From: an uncultured Methanomicrobiales archaeon
Lineage (GTDB): Archaea; Halobacteriota; Methanomicrobia; Methanomicrobiales; Methanospirillaceae
NCBI GenBank assembly: GCA_963697895.1
Contig: OY969100.1
Location: forward strand, 1,952,001 to 2,016,000
Direction: 5' to 3'
Length of the DNA: 64,000 bases
This document shows, piece after piece, positions 32,101 through 41,530 of this stretch. Position 1 is the stretch's first letter, and every line of letters starts with the position of its first letter. The notes under the pieces are model-generated. The model was not told where the DNA came from. It worked only from the letters and a program-made list of their open reading frames with translations, and did no database searches. Both the position numbers and the translations under genes were made by a program.

Positions 32101-33258
32101 TTAAGGGTTCGCGACAGATTTTCCCTGGTCCCGGATCTTTCTGATCTCATCGATCCGGGGAATCGGCCTGACCCCTGCGAGAAGGATCAATATTGCAACA
32201 TAACGGGAATGGCTCAACGGATAATCTCCGGATCTCACTTCTCTCCCGGCGATGCTCCGATCAATCCATTTTCTCACTGTCATTGACCCCTTCATGCTTA
32301 TCTCATGGGTTGGCCCGGCGATCAGGATCAGCCCTTTCTCTGCGGAAGAGAGATCGCATTGAACTGAGATCTCCTCATAGACCGCTCTTTTCGCGAGTGA
32401 GACCAGCCTGATCGCTTTGGTATGACTATCCTCGAAAGAGGTCCCCGCTAGTTTAAAATGGCGGATGAATTCGAATCCTCCTTTGACAACCTCTTCAGTC
32501 GCATAACCGAGGGCAATGAATCCCATACCCCGCATCGTATTCAGCACCTCGCCTGTGTCGAGCACGACCTCGCCGACATCCCGTCCGGGGCTCTCATGGA
32601 ATTCTCCGGCACGAAGAAGAAGGCCAAAACGCTGTGCAATGAGGTCATTGATCTGATCAAATGTCCTGAGATGGAGGCTCCGGTCAGGTTGTAATTTTCC
32701 TGAACCGGGAACGAAAGACCGGTTCACCGACTCCTTTTTTTCAGACAATAACCGTCCGGCCTTCGGATACCAGATTTCATTGTCGAAAATAATGATTCCA
32801 TCGAGCATTGGGTTAAGAAGATCCAGATCATCAGCAGCCCGCACCGTGCGCTGCTCACCTTCGGCAACGCACGGAAGCGTGAATAATCCAAAAACCGGCT
32901 CAACCATCACCTTCCGGATGGACTGTATGATACGGGGGGCGGCTTCCGCCATAGTACCCCCAAGTCCCATGCAAAAAAGAATTGCATCCAGATCACCCGT
33001 ATCCAGCCTTTGGATCTTTTCTATAATCTCTTCGATGGTAATATTTTCGAGGATATCATCAGGATGGCGGGGATCCATGGACGGGAAAAATAGTTTCTGC
33101 ATATCTGGCATAGAAGAGAGACCCGTTAGAACATCAGAATCGCGATCAACGGCAATTGCATCGAGGCAGATGACTTTGCCGAACTTACGGTCTTTGGCAT
33201 ACAATGTATCCACCATCCGACATCCTGCTCCTCCAAGGCCTATAGCCACAACCCGCAT
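32101..33258 (-). CDS. Tubulin/FtsZ superfamily protein, CetZ-like, with degenerate T4 loop
   Basis: AIGLGGAGCRMVD, TLP...EG, IIFDNEIW, LLRAGE, VGEVVLDTGEVLNT, EVRSGDYP. Confidence 0.85.
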   Translation of the reverse strand: MRVVAIGLGGAGCRMVDTLYAKDRKFGKVICLDAIAVDRDSDVLTGLSSMPDMQKLFFPSMDPRHPDDILENITIEEIIEKIQRLDTGDLDAILFCMGLGGTMAEAAPRIIQSIRKVMVEPVFGLFTLPCVAEGEQRTVRAADDLDLLNPMLDGIIIFDNEIWYPKAGRLLSEKKESVNRSFVPGSGKLQPDRSLHLRTFDQINDLIAQRFGLLLRAGEFHESPGRDVGEVVLDTGEVLNTMRGMGFIALGYATEEVVKGGFEFIRHFKLAGTSFEDSHTKAIRLVSLAKRAVYEEISVQCDLSSAEKGLILIAGPTHEISMKGSMTVRKWIDRSIAGREVRSGDYPLSHSRYVAILILLAGVRPIPRIDEIRKIRDQGKSVANP

Positions 33259-33699
33259 CCGATCTATCCTGCCGGCAATTCATACATCCCGGTTCTATGA
33301 ACTGTGTGTACTCTCCCGTGCCATATTATTTTGGCTCTTACCGGCAGACCTGTTCGCCTTGAACGAAGGGGACGCAAGTGGCAACTCGACGGCCCGGAGG
33401 GACCCAGAATGCCCAGACATCATGTATTTATGATAATTTCTGAAAGAAACGGAATATAGGAGAAATATTAATTTTATACACTAATTCCTCCCTACACTAT
33501 TCGGATGGCAATAAAGGGTTTTCTTTTTTTTCAGGCGGGAAATAACGACTTCTTTACCTCCCATTCCATTGAGCGCGAATATTAAGGACCGATTATGGCG
33601 CCGTTTCGATCCCGGTCGGGGCTTCTTTTGACTACGGGAGATCGATTCGATAATATATTTAACCCTTGTGGGCGATACTACACACTGAGGTGCATTACC

Positions 33700-34686
33700 T
33701 TGAGTTATGGAATAGAATTTGTACCAGGAAACGTGAACGTGAAACAGGTGGTCAATTACTGCAAGCTTGCGGAATCAAAGGACATTGATTATGCCTGGAT
33801 CACGAATCACTACAACAATCGTCATTGCTACCCGACTCTGGCCGCGATCGCAATGAACACGACAACCCTGAAGATGGGTCCGGGGATCATGAATGCGTTT
33901 ACGGATACCCCCGCCGCAATGGCTTCTTTCTTCTGCACATTAAATGAGATATCAGATGGAAGGGCGGTGCTCGGGATCGGACCCGGAGACCTTTCTACCC
34001 TTCCGAAACTTGCGATCAAACCGGAGAAACCCGTAGCACGGCTGAAAGAAGCGGTCGCTCAGATCAGGAAGCTCTGTGCCGGTGAGGAAGTAAAGAAGTC
34101 AGGTATGGAGTTCTTCGACTATGATGGCGCGAAGCTGACCGGTGTCAATCTCCCGGGCAAAAAAGGCGTTCCTATCTATATCGGAGCCCAGGGACCGAAA
34201 GTTCTCGAGCTTGCCGGTACGGTCGGGGATGGCGCCCTGATTAATGCATCCAATCCAAAGGATTTCGCGGTCGCGATCCCCATTATCAAGGCCGCCGCCG
34301 ACAAGGTCGGAAAGAAGGGATTCGATGTAGGCGCGTATACCGCAATGTCCATTGATATGAACGAGAAAAAGGCACGAAATGCGGCAAAGATCGTTGCTGC
34401 ATTTATCGCCGCCGGATCCCCGCCGGATCTCCTCACCCGCCACGGACTCGACCTGAACAATGTCGCGAAGATCAAAGCAGCATTGTCCAAATTCGACTTC
34501 AAAACGGTAGGAGAGCTCGTCGGTGACAAAGAGATCGATGCATTCACCATCGCAGGAACACCCGACATGGTCAAGCAGAAATGCGACGCACTCACAAAGG
34601 CCGGGGTTACACAGATCATCTTCGGGTCCCCCCTCGGGCCTGATATGACAACTTCGATCCGTCTGCTTGGCAAATACATCGTATAA
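33700..34686 (+). CDS. mer: F420-dependent methylene-H4MPT reductase
   Basis: GIEFVPG, WITNHYNNR, GRAVLGIGPGD, IYIGAQGPKVL, LINASNP, GSPLGP; TTG start after GAGGTG RBS. Confidence 0.96.
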   Translation: MSYGIEFVPGNVNVKQVVNYCKLAESKDIDYAWITNHYNNRHCYPTLAAIAMNTTTLKMGPGIMNAFTDTPAAMASFFCTLNEISDGRAVLGIGPGDLSTLPKLAIKPEKPVARLKEAVAQIRKLCAGEEVKKSGMEFFDYDGAKLTGVNLPGKKGVPIYIGAQGPKVLELAGTVGDGALINASNPKDFAVAIPIIKAAADKVGKKGFDVGAYTAMSIDMNEKKARNAAKIVAAFIAAGSPPDLLTRHGLDLNNVAKIKAALSKFDFKTVGELVGDKEIDAFTIAGTPDMVKQKCDALTKAGVTQIIFGSPLGPDMTTSIRLLGKYIV

Positions 34687-34758
34687 GAAACTGAGAGAGA
34701 AAACCAATCTTTTTTTAATAAGTACCGGTTTTCTTAGAAGTATCCCAAAAAGGGAACC

Positions 34759-35691
34759 ATGTTCACCATAACGGAGATCCCTGCTGGTAAAGGGATTTTA
34801 CAATACCGGGAAGAGACACTCACCGGTCTGCGGTGTCGGATCTCACCGGAGAGACTCCAAAGGCGGGTCGATAACTCCTTCTTCATGCCATCGGTCCCTG
34901 TTGAATGCCCGTTCTGTCCGGATTCCGTCACTAAGGTCACACCCTGTTTTAAGGACGGGAAACGTATCCATGTCGGGGAGAGTGTAACATTTCCAAACCT
35001 CTTTCCCTTTGCAGCACACCATACCGTAACGGTCATAACCCGTTCACACAACCCGGAACAATTCAACGCATCGCAGCTGAAGGACGCCTTCATCGGTCAG
35101 ATCCGTTCATTCCAGCATACAGAAGGATATCCAAGCATCAACTGGAATTTCCTCACCTCTTCAGGAGCGAGTCTGACACACCCTCACCTGCAGGGAATCG
35201 CTGACCGACGGCCGGGTGTCATCGCGGAGCGGTACATCATCAGGAGCGGCGAGCATCGTGTACGGACCGGGTGCTCATACTGGGAAACTCTCAGGATTAC
35301 GGAAACCATTACGGACCGTTACCTCCTCGGGGATGAGATCGTTTGGGCGTCACAGGGCGTCCCTCTGGGGGAACGGGAGATACGGGGATATCTCCCGATA
35401 GCCCATCTCGATTCTCTTGAATCATATCTCGATCCTCTTATATCCGGTATTATGCGGGTGATCGAGTTCTATCGGCATCTCGGCACTCATGCGTTTAACA
35501 TGGGAATTTTTTTCGACCGGTCCGACAGGGATCACGGATTCTCGGCATTCTGTTCGTTCATTTCAAGAATTAACCCCAACGCCTCTTCGATCAGTGATTC
35601 GGCATTTATGGAACGGCTTCATCTGGAACCCGTCATCCTCACGCTCCCTGAAGAACTGGGGAGGTTTTATCGCGAGGCGATCGCCAGATAA
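34759..35691 (+). CDS. GalT-like (HIT superfamily) nucleotidyltransferase
   Basis: CPFCP, FPNLFPF, NWN...SGASLTHPHLQ (HxHxQ). Confidence 0.82.
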   Translation: MFTITEIPAGKGILQYREETLTGLRCRISPERLQRRVDNSFFMPSVPVECPFCPDSVTKVTPCFKDGKRIHVGESVTFPNLFPFAAHHTVTVITRSHNPEQFNASQLKDAFIGQIRSFQHTEGYPSINWNFLTSSGASLTHPHLQGIADRRPGVIAERYIIRSGEHRVRTGCSYWETLRITETITDRYLLGDEIVWASQGVPLGEREIRGYLPIAHLDSLESYLDPLISGIMRVIEFYRHLGTHAFNMGIFFDRSDRDHGFSAFCSFISRINPNASSISDSAFMERLHLEPVILTLPEELGRFYREAIAR

Positions 35692-35830
35692 TCTCATCAC
35701 GAACCGACAGCTTATTTTTCTCCAGATCTTTGAAATACATGAGAACATGTCAATTATAATTGAGAACAGATCCGGGTTGACCTTTCACCGGTGACAGAAC
35801 CTACCAGAGAAAAGAAAAAAGAATGCTGAA

Positions 35831-36670
35831 TTATTCAGGTTTGCTGATCAGCTTGGTCTTTGAGACGATAACGCCGTCCTTCTTGTGTGGTTTTCTTATC
35901 ACACCATCAGAGGCTTTCTCGATCTCCCGTGCATCGTCGCAGAGGATTGCTGCTGCTTTCATCATTTCATGAGCACTTGCCACAATCGGGACATATTGCT
36001 CCCATTCTTTCGTCATGAAACAGCCCTTTACGTTTACCATTGCAACGGCGGATGCAATCTCATATGCGGCACGCGCCTTTGCCAATGCGTAGGGGTTGGT
36101 GAATTCTCCCATCACGGCCTTATCGGAGGACATGACAATCTTGGGAAGAACCAGATCATGCCCTTTCTTCCCGGCCTTTACCTGATTGATCACGTCGTCG
36201 AGCGCCATCTGCATCTTGCGGAATGCGCCGGTAAGGGCGAGGACTTTGACGAGATTCCCATTGTAGTCAGCCATCTCGATAGGGTCAAGGAACTCCCTGC
36301 GTGCACCAATCATGGAGTCGGCCTTCATGATGATGTATCCGAATTTACTATCCTTCATTTCGGCCCATTCTTTTTTAGTCGTGACATCATCGGTAATCAC
36401 AACTACCGGTATACCCGCCGCAGCAAGTTGCTCACGGGCACCGGTCGGACCCGGCAACACCCCATTTGGAGATACAACGATGGCAAAATCAGGCTTCCAT
36501 GCCTTCATGTTCGAAACTACCCGGTCGATATCTTCCGGCTGGAGCTTCGTCCCGCTGGTCGCCATGAATGTCTGCATATCTTCCCTGTCTGCCCGTTCGT
36601 CAAGGAGCAGTTCGGCCATTACACCACTTGCAATGTTGCCCAATTTGGCAACTCCTACTTTAACTACCAT
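35831..36670 (-). CDS. mtd: F420-dependent methylene-H4MPT dehydrogenase
   Basis: KLGNIAS...[41 protein letters not shown]. Confidence 0.97.
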   Translation of the reverse strand: MVVKVGVAKLGNIASGVMAELLLDERADREDMQTFMATSGTKLQPEDIDRVVSNMKAWKPDFAIVVSPNGVLPGPTGAREQLAAAGIPVVVITDDVTTKKEWAEMKDSKFGYIIMKADSMIGARREFLDPIEMADYNGNLVKVLALTGAFRKMQMALDDVINQVKAGKKGHDLVLPKIVMSSDKAVMGEFTNPYALAKARAAYEIASAVAMVNVKGCFMTKEWEQYVPIVASAHEMMKAAAILCDDAREIEKASDGVIRKPHKKDGVIVSKTKLISKPE

Positions 36671-36853
36671 TTTACACCTCACAATTTTATAACACGTTAC
36701 TATACCACCGGGGAAATATAAACGTTTTGAAAATTTTCTTTCTATGCTCTCTGTTCAGCGGAGCGCGTGCATTTGGGGTGATATAGGAGATGTGGCGGGA
36801 TCCAGCCGATGTTAACGAAAAGTGTTTTATGTCTCCCCGCACAATGCTCTCGT

Positions 36854-37258
36854 ATGAAGGATGGGCTCCTCACGGATCGCCAGAAAGAAGTACTCCGCTA
36901 CAGGAAACAGGGGATGACCCAGCAGCAGATTGCGGATATCATCGATACCTCGAAGGCGAACGTCTGCACGATCGAAAAATCGGCAATGGAAAACATCAGA
37001 AGAGCTCGTGACACGCTTGAATTCCTTTATACTCTGGATGCGACCCATCTCTGCACGATACAGGCCGGTACCGATCTGCTGGACGTCCCTCCTGTAGTAT
37101 ACCAGGAGGCGGAACGCCATGGTATCAAGGTGAAATACGATACCATCTCACTCATCAATAAACTCCGCGAATCAGCGCCGGAGCGATTCAGAGCCAGACA
37201 AGTCAGGGAGAATGTCGATGTTTACATTAATGACGAAGGTGATCTCTATTTCGGATAA
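36854..37258 (+). CDS. tfx: Tfx family DNA-binding protein
   Basis: LLTDRQKEVLRYRKQGMTQQQIADIIDTSKANVCTIEKSAMENIRRA. Confidence 0.9.
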   Translation: MKDGLLTDRQKEVLRYRKQGMTQQQIADIIDTSKANVCTIEKSAMENIRRARDTLEFLYTLDATHLCTIQAGTDLLDVPPVVYQEAERHGIKVKYDTISLINKLRESAPERFRARQVRENVDVYINDEGDLYFG

Positions 37259-37300
37259 TCAGGTATACATTTTCACAAATTCCAGCAGGTTGTACTAATA

Positions 37301-37307
37301 TTTATAT
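37301..37307 (+). promoter_or_regulatory. Candidate TATA box for the long leader / ribosomal protein operon
   Basis: TTTATAT in an AT-rich stretch just upstream of the structured region. Confidence 0.5.
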
Positions 37308-37350
37308 CCGAATTTAACTAATAATAATGGAAGCCTATATGTGGTTAACG

Positions 37351-37873
37351 GCAGGGGCTCCACAATCAGGATGATAATTTCCGCATGGTGGCTCTCGAGA
37401 GGGATTCCTGCATGTGGATTCATCCGGATGTGCTCTGTTTCCGTGACCCGTATGGTCCACCCCCCGTAAAATCGAACGGGGGTTATACCGAGAAGAAGTT
37501 GTGAATTGTTCACAACGGGCTGAAGCGCGGAATCTGATCAGGTACGCAGGGTGGACGTTGATGAAAACGAGCCCGTACAGAGCGTCCGAGTCAGGATCTA
37601 TTCAAGAGACTGGTAGTCTGGTATAATCCAGGGCAGTGGTGGAACCACATACATGATATGCGGTCAACACTTCTTCATCCGGGTACGGATGGCGGGGTGA
37701 CTGGCCGGGGTATGGGTATTTCAACAGAAAGCGGTTTCGGTTCAGTATTACGCGAGAATTATCGCGGTAATCTCGGCCTCCCTATATGAAACGGGAGAGA
37801 ACAGAAACAATGGAATCGGCCGGATATCGGCTGATTCAGATAACAGTGGATAGTGTGCTCATAAAAAAGCACA
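37351..37873 (+). ncRNA. Candidate large structured RNA / 5' leader of the rpl3 operon
   Basis: No credible ORF; more than ten complementary segment pairs found by eye, nested long-range helices and K-turn-like GAUGA/UC(C/U)GA motifs. Confidence 0.6.
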
Positions 37874-37890
37874 AGAGGAATGATTGAAGC

Positions 37891-38904
37891 ATGCCAAAAA
37901 TTAACAGGCCACGCAGGGGTTCCCTTGCATTCAGCCCGCGGAAGCGTGCAAAGAGTCCGATCCCGAAATATCAGTCATGGCCGGTATTCGAAGGGGCACC
38001 GATGCTGCAGGGCTTTGCCGGGTACAAAGTGGGAATGACGCATGTTATCATGGTGGATGACCATAAGAACAGCCCCACCGAGGGAAAGGACATCATGGTA
38101 CCGGTTACCGTAATCGAAGTGCCGGCAATGAAAGTCGCCGCAATCCGGGCTTATACGAAGGATACGTACGGGAAACGCCCGCTCACTGAGATCTGGTCCG
38201 ATCAGATCGATCCGGAACTCTCGCGTCGGATAACCGCCCCGAAAGAATATGATCCTACCCATGCACGTGAAGAGATCCAGAAAAGCATCGCAAGCGGATC
38301 AGTTGTTGAATTGTGTGCATTGATGTATACTCAGCCGGGTTCAGTGACGGGAATTCCTAAAAAAGTTCCGGATCTCATGGAGATCAGGGTAGCCGGAGGG
38401 TCCCTCGATAAGCGGTACGAATTCATTTCAGGGCTCCTCGGAAGAGAAGTAAGCCTGAACAACGTCATTTCGATGGGTGCATATGCCGATATCACCGCAA
38501 TTACGACTGGGAAAGGGACTCAGGGCCCGGTAAAGCGATGGGGAGTGGCGCTTCGGAAGCGCAAACATTCCCGCGGTGGAAAGGAGCGACATGTAGGTAC
38601 TTTAGGACCGTGGAACCCTCACCATATCCGTTGGCAGGTACCCCAGATGGGACAGATGGGGTATCAGCAGAGGACAGAGTTTAATAAAAGGATCCTGAAA
38701 ATCGGAGAAGATGGAGCGGATATTACCCCGGAAGGTGGATTTCTCCATTACGGGACTGTGAAGAATCCGTATGTCCTGATCAAGGGTTCCGTACCCGGAC
38801 CGGTGAAGAGGCTTGTGCGGATTCGACCTGCAATGCGTCTGGGAGAACATGTAGTGCGTGCTCCGGTTCTCGAATTTGTGAGTACACAGAGTAAGCAGGG
38901 GTGA
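37891..38904 (+). CDS. rpl3: 50S ribosomal protein L3
   Basis: [46 protein letters not shown]. Confidence 0.98.
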   Translation: MPKINRPRRGSLAFSPRKRAKSPIPKYQSWPVFEGAPMLQGFAGYKVGMTHVIMVDDHKNSPTEGKDIMVPVTVIEVPAMKVAAIRAYTKDTYGKRPLTEIWSDQIDPELSRRITAPKEYDPTHAREEIQKSIASGSVVELCALMYTQPGSVTGIPKKVPDLMEIRVAGGSLDKRYEFISGLLGREVSLNNVISMGAYADITAITTGKGTQGPVKRWGVALRKRKHSRGGKERHVGTLGPWNPHHIRWQVPQMGQMGYQQRTEFNKRILKIGEDGADITPEGGFLHYGTVKNPYVLIKGSVPGPVKRLVRIRPAMRLGEHVVRAPVLEFVSTQSKQG

Positions 38905-38910
38905 TCAGGT

Positions 38911-39657
38911 ATGAAAGCACAAGTTAGGACACTCGACGGGAATATCACGCGTGAGATTCCGCTTCCGGCAGTATTCGAGGAGGAATACCGACCGGATCTC
39001 ATAAAGAGAGCGGTCATTGCGCTACAGAGTACCCGGAGACAGCCACATGGCACCGACCCCTTTGCCGGAATACGGTCTTCGGCAGTCGGATGGGGGAGCG
39101 GGCGCGGGGTATCCCATGTACCACGAATCAGGAATGGATCGCGGGCTGCAAAAGTACCACAGGCAAAGGGGGGCAGGGCAGCACACCCCCCTCTTACCGC
39201 GAAGATTCTTATCAGACATATTAACAAGAAGGAAAAACAAAAAGCGCTCCGATCAGCAATAGCCGCAAGTATATGTGATGAATTAGTGAGAGGCCGGGGC
39301 CATGTCTTCGAAGGAGATGTCCCTGTCGTAATCGAAGACCGTTTCGAAGAGCTCTCCCGGACCAGCGAAGTTATTGCGGCACTCTCGGCTGCCGGTGTCT
39401 ATGGGGATGTTGAACGGGCCAAGTTGAGTAAAAAAGTGCGGCCAGGTCGTGGGAAGATGCGGGGGCGCCGGTACCGTCAGCGGAAGAGTCTGCTAATCGT
39501 CACCGCCGATAAACCACTCCGTGCAGCCCGGAATCTTGCGGGTGTCGATGCGGTCACAGTCGATGAGCTGAATACGGAACATCTGGCACCGGGAACTCAC
39601 CCCGGGAGACTCACGGTGTGGACAGAGAGTGCATTGATGCGGCTGGAGGGGAGATGA
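38911..39657 (+). CDS. rpl4: 50S ribosomal protein L4
   Basis: RPDLIKRAV, WGSGRGVSHVPR, HLAPGTHPGRLTVWT. Confidence 0.98.
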   Translation: MKAQVRTLDGNITREIPLPAVFEEEYRPDLIKRAVIALQSTRRQPHGTDPFAGIRSSAVGWGSGRGVSHVPRIRNGSRAAKVPQAKGGRAAHPPLTAKILIRHINKKEKQKALRSAIAASICDELVRGRGHVFEGDVPVVIEDRFEELSRTSEVIAALSAAGVYGDVERAKLSKKVRPGRGKMRGRRYRQRKSLLIVTADKPLRAARNLAGVDAVTVDELNTEHLAPGTHPGRLTVWTESALMRLEGR

Positions 39658-39660
39658 ACC

Positions 39661-39909
39661 ATGGTTCTGAAACATCCGTTCGTCACAGAAAAAGCCATGA
39701 TGATGCTCGAAAACCAGAATAAGCTTCAGTTTCTGGTACGAAACGAAGCCACAAAACAGCAGATCAAACGGGAGATCGAAACCACATTTGAACAGAAAGT
39801 CACCTCGGTGAACACAATCATGACATCGAAAGGTGAAAAAAAGGCCATTGTGAGTTTTGTAAATGAAAAGGCTGCAGAGGAGATACTCAGCCGTCTCGGC
39901 ATTATGTAG
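39661..39909 (+). CDS. rpl23: 50S ribosomal protein L23
   Basis: HPFVTEKA...NKLQFLV...KKAIV. Confidence 0.97.
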   Translation: MVLKHPFVTEKAMMMLENQNKLQFLVRNEATKQQIKREIETTFEQKVTSVNTIMTSKGEKKAIVSFVNEKAAEEILSRLGIM

Positions 39910-39918
39910 GTGTTAGAT

Positions 39919-40635
39919 ATGGGACATCGAATAACAACACAGAACAGAGGAAAGGGAGGACCCACATATCGGGCGCCATCTCATAGATATAAGGCAGCAT
40001 TGCGCCACCTCGGGAACGGAGACGCGCTGGTAACAGGAACAGTCATCGATATCGAGCATGATCCGGCACGGAATTCCCCGATAGGAAAGGTACGCCTCGA
40101 TAACGGTTCTCAATCCTATGCCCTTATCACTGAGGGTATCGGGGTCGGTGATGTGATCTCCTGGGGATCGGATGCTGAGGTGAAGAACGGCAATACGCTC
40201 CCCCTTCGGGCGATCCCGACCGGCGCATATGTTTGTAACATCGAAGCGCGCCCACAGGACGGGGGAAAATTTGTGCGTTCAAGCGGGGTTCAGGCAATCG
40301 TGATCGATAAAGCTGAGGACCGGGTTGGTGTGCAGATGCCCAGCGGGGCGACGAAATGGTTTAATGCTCGGTGCTCTGCAACGATCGGAATCGTTGCCGG
40401 AGGGGGCCGTGGTGAGAAACCGTTCGTTAAGGCAGGAAACAAATACCACAAGATGAAAAACACGGCATCCAACTGGCCACGTGTGCGTGGCGTCGCAATG
40501 AACGTAATCGATCATCCCTTCGGGGGCGGGGGACATCAGCACCCGGGACGACCGAAGACTATTGCCCGTGGTACATCGCCGGGAAGGACGGTTGGCCATA
40601 TTGCCGCCCGTCAGACTGGAAGGGGCAGAAAGTAA
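39919..40635 (+). CDS. rpl2: 50S ribosomal protein L2
   Basis: IEHDPAR, WPRVRGVAMNVIDHPFGGG. Confidence 0.98.
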   Translation: MGHRITTQNRGKGGPTYRAPSHRYKAALRHLGNGDALVTGTVIDIEHDPARNSPIGKVRLDNGSQSYALITEGIGVGDVISWGSDAEVKNGNTLPLRAIPTGAYVCNIEARPQDGGKFVRSSGVQAIVIDKAEDRVGVQMPSGATKWFNARCSATIGIVAGGGRGEKPFVKAGNKYHKMKNTASNWPRVRGVAMNVIDHPFGGGGHQHPGRPKTIARGTSPGRTVGHIAARQTGRGRK

Positions 40636-40649
40636 GGAGATGGTGAAAT

Positions 40650-41063
40650 ATGGCAAAGAAAACACAGAAGAGATTACCCAGACGGCGTGAGGAGTTCACC
40701 TACCACGGCCTCAGGGTCGAGGAGCTACAAAAAATGGCAACCATTGAACTGCTCCCGGTGATGCCAGCCCGTGCCCGCCGCAAGATAAGAAGAGGTCTCA
40801 CCCGGAGTGAGGAGAATCTCCTCGCGAAGATCAGAAAGGGTGGCGAGCATATCAGAACACATGTTCGGGATATGGTGATCATGCCGGAAATGATCGGGAA
40901 AGAGATCGAGGTCCATAACGGGAAGGAATTTGTAAAAGTCGAACTCCAGCCAGAGGCAGTCTTCCACTACCTGGGAGAGTTTGCCCTGACCCGGAAGAGG
41001 GTCTCTCACGGCAGTGCCGGTATCGGAGCGACCCGTTCGAGCAAATATGTACCGTTGAAGTGA
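40650..41063 (+). CDS. rps19: 30S ribosomal protein S19
   Basis: [27 protein letters not shown]. Confidence 0.98.
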   Translation: MAKKTQKRLPRRREEFTYHGLRVEELQKMATIELLPVMPARARRKIRRGLTRSEENLLAKIRKGGEHIRTHVRDMVIMPEMIGKEIEVHNGKEFVKVELQPEAVFHYLGEFALTRKRVSHGSAGIGATRSSKYVPLK

Positions 41064-41068
41064 TGGAA

Positions 41069-41530
41069 ATGGCAAGAGTTGCATATGGAACTACAATCGC
41101 AGGAGAGAACATCGCCCGCGGTAAGGCAAATGAACTGCCCATTTCTCCGAAGCATGCAATTGAGATCGCTCAGTTCATCAAACGGAAGCGGGCTGATGAC
41201 GCGATTGCATACCTCGAACAGGTTGTCATCCGGAAAAAAGCGATACCGTTCAGGCGATTCAACCGGAACGTGGCACACCGGCATGGCTTGGAAGGCTGGG
41301 ATGCCGGCCGCTACCCTAAAAAGGCATCGGAGGCCTACATCAGACTCTTGGAGTCGGTGAAAAAGAACGCCGAATATATCGGCCTCGATACGGAGAAACT
41401 CGAGATCGTTCACGCCGCAGCAAACAGAGGAAGGGCTCAGAAAGGGTTTTTCCCACGGGCAATGGGGCGGGCCACGCCGAAGATGCGGGAAACGGTTAAC
41501 ATCGAGATCATCGTCCGGGAGGTGGAATGA
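41069..41530 (+). CDS. rpl22: 50S ribosomal protein L22
   Basis: [26 protein letters not shown]. Confidence 0.97.
   Translation: MARVAYGTTIAGENIARGKANELPISPKHAIEIAQFIKRKRADDAIAYLEQVVIRKKAIPFRRFNRNVAHRHGLEGWDAGRYPKKASEAYIRLLESVKKNAEYIGLDTEKLEIVHAAANRGRAQKGFFPRAMGRATPKMRETVNIEIIVREVE

Noticed and set aside
32063-32286. C-terminal extension of the NrpR-like ORF overlapping the CetZ-like gene
   Set aside because: The extension looks non-protein-like and tandem stops lie in the +1 frame right after the conserved end; probably a run-on artefact
35885-36721. Long antisense ORFs (e.g. 278 aa opposite mtd, 260 aa opposite mdh, 250 aa opposite mtrA)
   Set aside because: Shadow frames of conserved genes produced by codon bias; no recognisable motifs
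37371-37469. 32-aa leader ORF containing tandem Trp codons (MIISAWWLSR...)
   Set aside because: No RBS, no link to Trp biosynthesis genes, and a short ORF like this is expected by chance
37543-37580. Loose resemblance of CAGGGTGGAC...AGCCCGTAC to a 23S rRNA domain I segment near the L4/L24 site
   Set aside because: Short, gapped similarity recalled from memory; cannot be supported without an alignment
37330-37890. RNase P RNA, group II intron or hammerhead ribozyme as the identity of the rpl3 upstream region
   Set aside because: I found no GAGGAAnnUCC / P4 pair for RNase P on either strand, no domain V hairpin, and TGATGA at 37559 lacks the CUGAnGA-stem II-GAAA hammerhead arrangement
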